This document shows, one piece after another, positions 58,701-64,000 of a DNA stretch of 64,000 bases. Source of the DNA: Microcoleus sp. Its GTDB lineage: Bacteria; Cyanobacteriota; Cyanobacteriia; Cyanobacteriales; Microcoleaceae. The stretch lies in assembly GCA_052279835.1 (NCBI GenBank), contig CP181291.1, positions 2,496,001-2,560,000 of the forward strand. The letters are read 5' to 3'. A program made the position numbers and the translations under genes. The notes under the pieces are model-generated. The model saw nothing but the letters and a program-made list of their open reading frames with translations. It was not told where the DNA came from and did no database searches. The first letter of the stretch is position 1. The number at the start of each line of letters is the position of its first letter.

Positions 58701-60968
58701 AAACAAAATATCTTTGCTGAGAATGTCACTTAAAATGTCATTGTTGATGATTTGTTGATTGCTTTTTGGTCTGCAAAATTCTAGCAAATAATGCAAATAG
58801 TCTTCCCGTAAAGATAGGATAACTTTTAAGTATTTGATTTTTAAGCATTCCCGCAAAAACTCAAAGAATATTTCCCTTTCTGCTTGTTCTTTCCACACAA
58901 AGAAAAATTCTTCAAATTGGTCAAATATGAGAACAGTGACTAGATGTTCTGCATTTATTTGCAACTCTTTGATGATTTTATCGTATTCTATAGTCTGTTT
59001 TTTGAGGATTACTTCTACAGGCTGTTCGGGAACAATTTTATCTTCGGGAGGGCGATTTTCAGGAGGATTTAATATCGCCATTAAAGTGTCATTGGTCTCC
59101 CTGGTTTCCCCTTCCGATTCGACTTCGATTGAACCTAACCTATCTTCGGCAATTACTCGCTCGAATATTTCTGATTTGCTAGCAGATAACTGTCTGGTCA
59201 ATTCCCGCGGCCAATTATTGTAAACTTGTAGCAATACTGGTAAAACAGTGCGGTTTTCTATCTTTTTTTGTTTCAGCGCCGGTACTAATCCCCCCGTGAC
59301 CATGGAACTTTTACCAACTCCCGATTGACCGTAAATTACTGTTAATTTGTTTTGGGCGCTGTTCATCCTAGCTATCAAACGGTTGAGGTCTTGTTCTCTG
59401 CCGGAAGCAGTAATTTCATCAGCAATTGTAGTATTGACAGTAACAGTTTCTGTGGTGGGATTAATTGCTTGTCTGTGAGGCTGCAACTTTCCTGCACCAA
59501 TAAAAGCTCGGAAACGATAGGTATGTTCGATCGATCGATAATCTTGCTTAACTTGAAATGCTTCGAGATATTCCCCTCGTTGAAAATAAACCGATCGCAG
59601 CAGTTCTAACACCCGCAAATACAACTGCGGGTTGTAGCAAGGTGGGGTTTGGGATCGTGCCATTTCTAGATGTGCGATCGCCTGTTCAATTTCACCAATT
59701 TCCTTCTCTGCTTCTGCTAAAATTAACAGGTACAAGCCTTGATGCTGGGACTTTACAGAGGTTCCTTGTCCGGCCACATCTAAAGTTGAGTTGAGAACTT
59801 CTAGAGCCACTAAAGCCCATTCCTTAGCCCCTTGCCAATTTTTCTGCTCTAAAGCTACCTTAGCCAAAAAGCCATAATCTTGAGCTAAATTAACTGCTGA
59901 ATTTTCCATATTTTGATGTAACCTCCGAGCTTTGATAGCTAAATTCCAGAGTGCATCCCAATCTTCTAAATACTGTAATACTTCGCCTAATTGATTGATA
60001 AATTTACCAACAGGATCTTGCTGTCCGGCTCTTTCTAAAACATCAATAGATTCTTGAAAATAATTTTTAGCTTCCGTCCAGTAAGGACGGTTGCCTTTAC
60101 GATGCTGTTCTGCTTGAAATCGGTAGCAAAGCCCGATGTGAAAGAGCAGAATCCCCTCTAATACGGGTGCTGGGTGAATCGTAAATAACAAGTTGCTAAA
60201 TTCGGTTTGATGACCAAGTAATCCTACTTGATACTTCCAAAAATTGAGACTTTTCTGATATAATGCAATGGCAGTATCGATGCGCTGACAAGCATATTCG
60301 TTGCGGCCGCGCAGAAATTGTAAACTAGCTTCAATGGCTGGTTCCACCCGGATATCGGAAGTTTCCAAATCTTTCCTGGCTGACTCTAATTCAGTCAAGG
60401 CACCACTACCCAGAATGGCAGAATTAGTTAAACGCCAATTGCCGTTTTCTAAAATACCCGAAAAAATGCGATCGGCACTTTTTCCCAAAAAGTCTACTAA
60501 CTCATCGGGCCGAAGTACAAATTCAATAGTTGTCGTCCAACTTTCAATATCTGTGACTAAGCGAATCAGTTTTTTTAAAATTTTGTCTGTCACCCACAGC
60601 ACCACCGGAAAGGGAAAGTTATTGCGAAATTCTTCCCTGACATAGTTGGTAGAAGTCAGCACTTTATCGATCGCATTTACCGACTCTAATCCAAACACCA
60701 TCAAAGCCTGGGGCTGGCTACCAGCAAGTTCTGCTTCTATGGTAGTGTAAAGAGTTTTCACAGATGCAGGGAGAAAAATTTCTCGCACCTCCACCGCACA
60801 AGCCTGGTGCAATTGTCTGACAATTTGCTCTCGGAGAACACCGTAATTGCAGCGCACCAAAGTCAGAGAAAATTGCCCCTGAGACATTTTGAGAGTGCGG
60901 GCGAGAGTTTGCAGCGAATTTTTGTTTTCCAGCCCTGGTGTATCTTCTTGGTAGTGTGAATTAATCAT
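55773..60968 (-). CDS. TPR-STAND NTPase (nSTAND1-like)-TM-WD40 protein
   Basis: TPR helices, Walker A GQSGVGKSS, Walker B LIFDQFEEFF, LSLREDY, one TM, about 14 WD40 repeats. ATG at 60968 preferred; ORF open to 61142. Confidence 0.88.
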   Translation of the reverse strand: MINSHYQEDTPGLENKNSLQTLARTLKMSQGQFSLTLVRCNYGVLREQIVRQLHQACAVEVREIFLPASVKTLYTTIEAELAGSQPQALMVFGLESVNAIDKVLTSTNYVREEFRNNFPFPVVLWVTDKILKKLIRLVTDIESWTTTIEFVLRPDELVDFLGKSADRIFSGILENGNWRLTNSAILGSGALTELESARKDLETSDIRVEPAIEASLQFLRGRNEYACQRIDTAIALYQKSLNFWKYQVGLLGHQTEFSNLLFTIHPAPVLEGILLFHIGLCYRFQAEQHRKGNRPYWTEAKNYFQESIDVLERAGQQDPVGKFINQLGEVLQYLEDWDALWNLAIKARRLHQNMENSAVNLAQDYGFLAKVALEQKNWQGAKEWALVALEVLNSTLDVAGQGTSVKSQHQGLYLLILAEAEKEIGEIEQAIAHLEMARSQTPPCYNPQLYLRVLELLRSVYFQRGEYLEAFQVKQDYRSIEHTYRFRAFIGAGKLQPHRQAINPTTETVTVNTTIADEITASGREQDLNRLIARMNSAQNKLTVIYGQSGVGKSSMVTGGLVPALKQKKIENRTVLPVLLQVYNNWPRELTRQLSASKSEIFERVIAEDRLGSIEVESEGETRETNDTLMAILNPPENRPPEDKIVPEQPVEVILKKQTIEYDKIIKELQINAEHLVTVLIFDQFEEFFFVWKEQAEREIFFEFLRECLKIKYLKVILSLREDYLHYLLEFCRPKSNQQIINNDILSDILSKDILFYLGNFSVADATAIIQSLTQRSQFYLEARLIKELVKDLAGNLGEVRPIELQVVGAQLQQDDITTFTQYQELGNNPKQKLVARFLEEVIQDCGPENEGAARRVLYLLTDEDDIRPLKTRAELALDLATFEEADKLDLVLELLVKSGLIFRWTELPAELYQLVHDYLVGFIRQQQELDKKAEFEELRKQHKINRDVIEQLRKEKELNALLSESRDKQRQAKEKQHEAEAKLYENRKWQLRLAVLGVVGLTGLSGVALYQTKVGDEARQQAEKARTDALDSGSRALVLSNEKDQMGILETSVKIAKDSVNSTALPLDTKNQIAERLRRAVSGVQEYNSFEQHTNFVLDVSVSPDGNKVASASADKTVKLWSKEGKLLNTFNHSDGVTSVTFSPDGKTIATGCGDGKIRIWQLDNNKKPMATLEGHKDIVTSVSFSPDGKTIASGSYDNTIKIWNIPSKKLLQTLTGHKDLVLGVRFSPDGETIASASADKTIKLWDKEGKSDKFKTIPKNLNKHSDIVYSVNFSPNGKEIVSASADTTVKIWNREGKEIKTIKGHNEEVVSASFSRDGNKIVSGSADNTLKVWSRTGTLLNTFRGHQDDVRAVTFSRDGTIVSASKDQMVKSWKPNNTPLNQILAGHGDWVNKVSLSSDGKIIASASRDKTVKLWLANGSLLRSLVGHENSVNGVSIAPDNRTIASASDDKTVKVWSIDGKLLDTLPHGDIVNSVSFSPDGKIIATGSDDNKLYLWRWQNGRATAIAKLDHMNQVVRVSFSPDGKTIAALTNDKPEPKKNPLKVAATKKVYLWQINGMSAKLLTTLDHDNSVKDVTFSPDGKTIATGCADQKVYLWNFDGKKAVLSEKYNHSDSVENVSFSPDGKLMAAGAGNTLKLWNFDGRKATLSKTLESSYRMFSVTFSSDSKTLAFAMDRNVVLWPVENLELNQIVAKTCDWLGDYLKNNQNVTEGDKKLCVGLGNQGLNQGNK

Positions 60969-61340
60969 ATTAAATATTGAAAAAATATTTGAATAATCCG
61001 TTGGTATTAACCACCGAGAAATAGAGAAATCGGTGGGACAATTCTCTGCTTCCCAAAAGGCGATCGCCCAATAGAAATCTCCTCTAATTTCTGTAGGGTT
61101 GGCATCCTCCCAGCCCTCGATCGCCTTTTTTGGAGATGTCACATAGCCGATGATTGTTTCAGTCCAGCGAAAAAATACATACCCTGAAAAAATCCTTTCT
61201 GTGTTCTTAGCACATTTCGATAAAAATCAACCAAAAATTAGGGGAAAAATTTACAATTACTCCATCAAATTGTACCACTCTGGTGGGGTAGGCTTCTTGC
61301 CAGCCTAAGACTTATATTTTTGGAAATGACTATGGATTGA

Positions 61341-61697
61341 TTAGCAGAGTCCTGAAATACGACAACTGCGGCTGGATCTACCCCTAGCTGCACTGATATA
61401 AAGCTTTGTTTCTGGGGAAGTAATTTCTGATTTAACAGGAGATTCCTTAATTTTGGTTGTCTGTATATTCCCATCCTCAGAAAAATTAGGTAAGTCCCAA
61501 TTTTCGCTTTCTTCAACGGCGATGAATTGTGAATGCAAATTCTCCGAATTCATCCCATCGCCACCAACCAAAACTGGTTTGATTGGAGTTCCCGTCATAG
61601 CACTAATACTAGCCAAAGATTGAGTTGTCTGTGCCATGAGCAAAATAGGCATTGCTACTAAGGCACTTATAGTTTGTCGCGTCGTCATGTTTTTCAT
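61341..61697 (-). CDS. Putative secreted 118-aa protein with a basic two-Cys C-terminal tail
   Basis: AGAGGA SD before ATG at 61697; signal-peptide-like MKNMTTRQTISALVAMPILLMAQTTQSLA; ends ARGRSSRSCRISGLC. Confidence 0.65.
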   Translation of the reverse strand: MKNMTTRQTISALVAMPILLMAQTTQSLASISAMTGTPIKPVLVGGDGMNSENLHSQFIAVEESENWDLPNFSEDGNIQTTKIKESPVKSEITSPETKLYISAARGRSSRSCRISGLC

Positions 61698-62266
61698 AAT
61701 GTTATCCTCTATAGAAACTGAGTATGACAGTTGTCCTCGCTGAATCTGAGTTGCTACTTTGATAAGTGCTCTCATTAATTGATAGTGCTTCTGCTTGAGA
61801 AAACAAAGGAGCCTACCTGTGACACTTAATCAAAGGTTTGCTTAGGCGATCGCCAGGAGTCAACTGTTCTGCTTCGTATTACTAAGTAAAAACTCTTAAA
61901 CAGTAAGGTTTTTTAGTCAACTGTGGACCTAGGCAGAAACCCGCTTTTTTAAGATAATTTCGCTATGTTAGGCTAATTGCCCTAATGCTGAATCTGGTGT
62001 CATAAATTCGCCGCCCTCAGTCTTGTCAGTAATTTCCGACTTTTTGGGAGTATCCCTGTCCCATGCCAAGCTGTTACACTGCTGACATTGACACATACTC
62101 ACAGCAAGCACAAGTGTTACCACAAACACAATACCCATGTCAACCCTTTTATTTTAACATTAATCTCTAATCCACTGACTTTCGTGGAAACACGATCGCA
62201 GCTAAAGTGCGATCGCCTATTTTCAGAAATGCTTTAACATTTATTGATAAACAAGGAGGACAAAAG

Positions 62267-63628
62267 ATGTTAGTTAGCGATATGCTCCAGCAGCAGCGAC
62301 AATTTTTTGCGACGGGAAAAACTAAAGAGGTGGATTTTCGGCTGGAACAATTGCATAAACTTAAAAGCGCCATCCAACTTAATCAATCACGAATAGTGGA
62401 TGCTGTCAATGCTGACCTAAATCGGCCGGAATTCGAGGCTTACTTTGAAATCGCATCCATTGCCGAAGTTAAGTATGCCATCAAAAATCTGAAATCTTGG
62501 GTAAAGCCCAGAAAAGTGCCAACATCGATCGACCAATTCCCCGCCTCAGCCCGCATTTTTCCCGAACCTTTAGGCGTAGTTTTAATCATCGGGCCTTGGA
62601 ACTATCCCTTTCAGTTAATGATATCACCCTTAGTAGGGGCGATCGCCGCCGGCAACTGTGCCATCCTCAAACCCTCAGAAATCGCCTCACATACCTCAGC
62701 ATTTGTGGCTGACATGATTGCTAAAACCTTCGATCCAGCTTACATAGCGGCCATCGAAGGTGGTGTGGAAATTAGCCAACAATTGTTAGCTGAAAAATTC
62801 GACCACATCTTCTTTACCGGAGGCACAAAAATTGGTAGAATCGTGATGGAAGCCGCCGCCAAACACCTAACTCCTGTAACATTAGAATTAGGCGGCAAAA
62901 GTCCTTGCATTGTAGACTCAGACGTGCAGATAGAACACACCGCAAAACGGATTGCTTGGGGCAAATTCATCAATGCCGGTCAAACCTGTATCGCTCCAGA
63001 TTACCTGTTAGTCGATCGCAAAATCAAGCCAGATTTGATGCCAGCAATTAAAGCATCGATTCTTGAATTATACGGCAACGACCCGCAAACAAGTCCCGAC
63101 TATTGCAGAATTATCAATCAGCGGCAATTAGAACGTTTGAGTGCGTTCATCAAAGATGGAGAAATTGTCATCGGCGGGGAAGTGAAACCGGAAGATAGAT
63201 ATATTGCACCGACGGTTTTAGATAAAGTTTCCTGGGATTCGCCGGTGATGGAAGATGAGATTTTCGGGCCGATTTTGCCAGTGTTGGAGTATGATGATTT
63301 ATCAGAGGCGATCGCCCAAATCAACGCCCGCCCCAAACCGTTAGCATTGTATTTGTTCTCGAAGGATAAACAGAAACAAGAACGAGTTCTGCGGGAAACT
63401 TCTTCTGGGGGAGTTTGTATCAACGACACAGTAATGCAAGTGGGAGTGACAACCTTACCCTTTGGCGGAGTTGGAGAAAGCGGCATCGGGAGCTATCACG
63501 GAAAAGCAAGTTTTGATACTTTTTCCCATTACAAAAGCGTGCTGCAAAAGTCTTTTTGGCTGGAATTGAAGTGGCGCTACGCTCCTTATAAAGGCAAGTT
63601 AGATTTGATTAAAAAAGTGATTGGTTGA
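62267..63628 (+). CDS. Aldehyde dehydrogenase (ALDH3-like)
   Basis: PWNYP, FFTGG, LELGGKSP, NAGQTCIAPDY, EIFGP; AGGAGG SD. Confidence 0.94.
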   Translation: MLVSDMLQQQRQFFATGKTKEVDFRLEQLHKLKSAIQLNQSRIVDAVNADLNRPEFEAYFEIASIAEVKYAIKNLKSWVKPRKVPTSIDQFPASARIFPEPLGVVLIIGPWNYPFQLMISPLVGAIAAGNCAILKPSEIASHTSAFVADMIAKTFDPAYIAAIEGGVEISQQLLAEKFDHIFFTGGTKIGRIVMEAAAKHLTPVTLELGGKSPCIVDSDVQIEHTAKRIAWGKFINAGQTCIAPDYLLVDRKIKPDLMPAIKASILELYGNDPQTSPDYCRIINQRQLERLSAFIKDGEIVIGGEVKPEDRYIAPTVLDKVSWDSPVMEDEIFGPILPVLEYDDLSEAIAQINARPKPLALYLFSKDKQKQERVLRETSSGGVCINDTVMQVGVTTLPFGGVGESGIGSYHGKASFDTFSHYKSVLQKSFWLELKWRYAPYKGKLDLIKKVIG

Positions 63629-63631
63629 TTC

Positions 63632-63750
63632 ACTCGTTCCCAGGCTCTGCCTGGTAACGCACATCAGGAGGCTCTGCCTCCAATTCTCCTAGTAGAAGAG
63701 CGAGGCAGAGCCTCTAGACATGAGTTCCCAGGCAGAGCCTAGGAACCAGT
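63632..63750. repeat. REP/MITE-like multi-hairpin element (GTTCCCAGGCTCTGCCTGG family)
   Basis: Outer arms ACTCGTTCCCAGGCTCTGCCTGG and CCAGGCAGAGCCTAGGAACCAGT; inner GAGGCTCTGCCTC and GAGGCAGAGCCTC. Confidence 0.8.
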
Positions 63751-63759
63751 TAGCCAGTT

Positions 63760-64000
63760 AACGACACAGTAATGCAAGTGGGAGTGACAACCTTACCCTT
63801 TGGCGGAGTTGGAGAAAGCGGCATCGGGAGCTATCACGGAAAAGCAAGTTTTGATACTTTTTCCCATTACAAAAGCGTGCTGCAAAAGTCTTTTTTGCTA
63901 GAATTGAAGTGGCGCTATGCTCCTTATAAAGGCAAGTTAGATTTGATTAAAAAAGTGATTGGTTGATTCACTCGTTCCCAGGCTCTGCCTGGTAACGCAC
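63760..64000 (+). pseudogene. Duplicated 3' fragment of the aldehyde dehydrogenase plus start of a second REP copy
   Basis: Matches 63422-63662 with 3 mismatches seen; continues to the window edge. Confidence 0.9.

Larger units (their letters stand above)
1..64000. repeat. HIP1 octamer GCGATCGC dispersed through the window
   Basis: Dozens of copies in coding and intergenic DNA, a cyanobacterial signature; not counted exactly. Confidence 0.9.

Noticed and set aside
61341..61390. Calling the secreted protein PatX/PatS
   Set aside because: The motif is RGRSSR rather than RGSGR, and no het/pat genes were recognised nearby.
63422..64000. DGR variable/template repeat pair
   Set aside because: Mismatches are not confined to adenines on either strand, and no reverse transcriptase was seen in the window.

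Overview
A 64-kb chromosomal window from a filamentous cyanobacterium. HIP1 (GCGATCGC), heptamer tandem arrays and REP/MITE-like palindromes are abundant, which suggests Oscillatoriales/Microcoleus (inference). Housekeeping genes: ndhF1-ndhD1, trxC, NnrU/Z-ISO, rbcR, ndbB, aat, rpsN-nth-rseP, grxC, a phylloquinone cluster (menD, menF, menA, menH, menC, menE, DHNA-CoA thioesterase; no menB), an FdhF/YdeP oxidoreductase and an aldehyde dehydrogenase. There are also many large signalling genes: two Ser/Thr kinases, a PAS histidine kinase, a kinase-ATPase-GAF-histidine kinase hybrid, a PAS-GAF protein with an unassigned C-terminal domain, and a TPR-STAND-WD40 protein. A decayed tnpB-only IS200/IS605 element abuts the Z-ISO start codon. 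No rRNA, tRNA or CRISPR array was recognised. Best leads: (1) the PAS-GAF protein, whose output domain has nucleotide-cyclase-like motifs; (2) a GTPase-less dynamin-like protein paired with an unknown partner; (3) an unannotated 35-aa membrane protein with its own promoter; (4) a 71-aa gene flanked by phased GTGA motifs including a perfect CRP-type box; (5) small repeats writing in-frame inserts and stop codons into genes; (6) a Coq4-motif gene with an operator; (7) a frameshifted NdhF1 tail; (8) a 338-bp-period duplication of the aldehyde dehydrogenase 3' end. All family assignments are from motifs read by eye; no searches were run.
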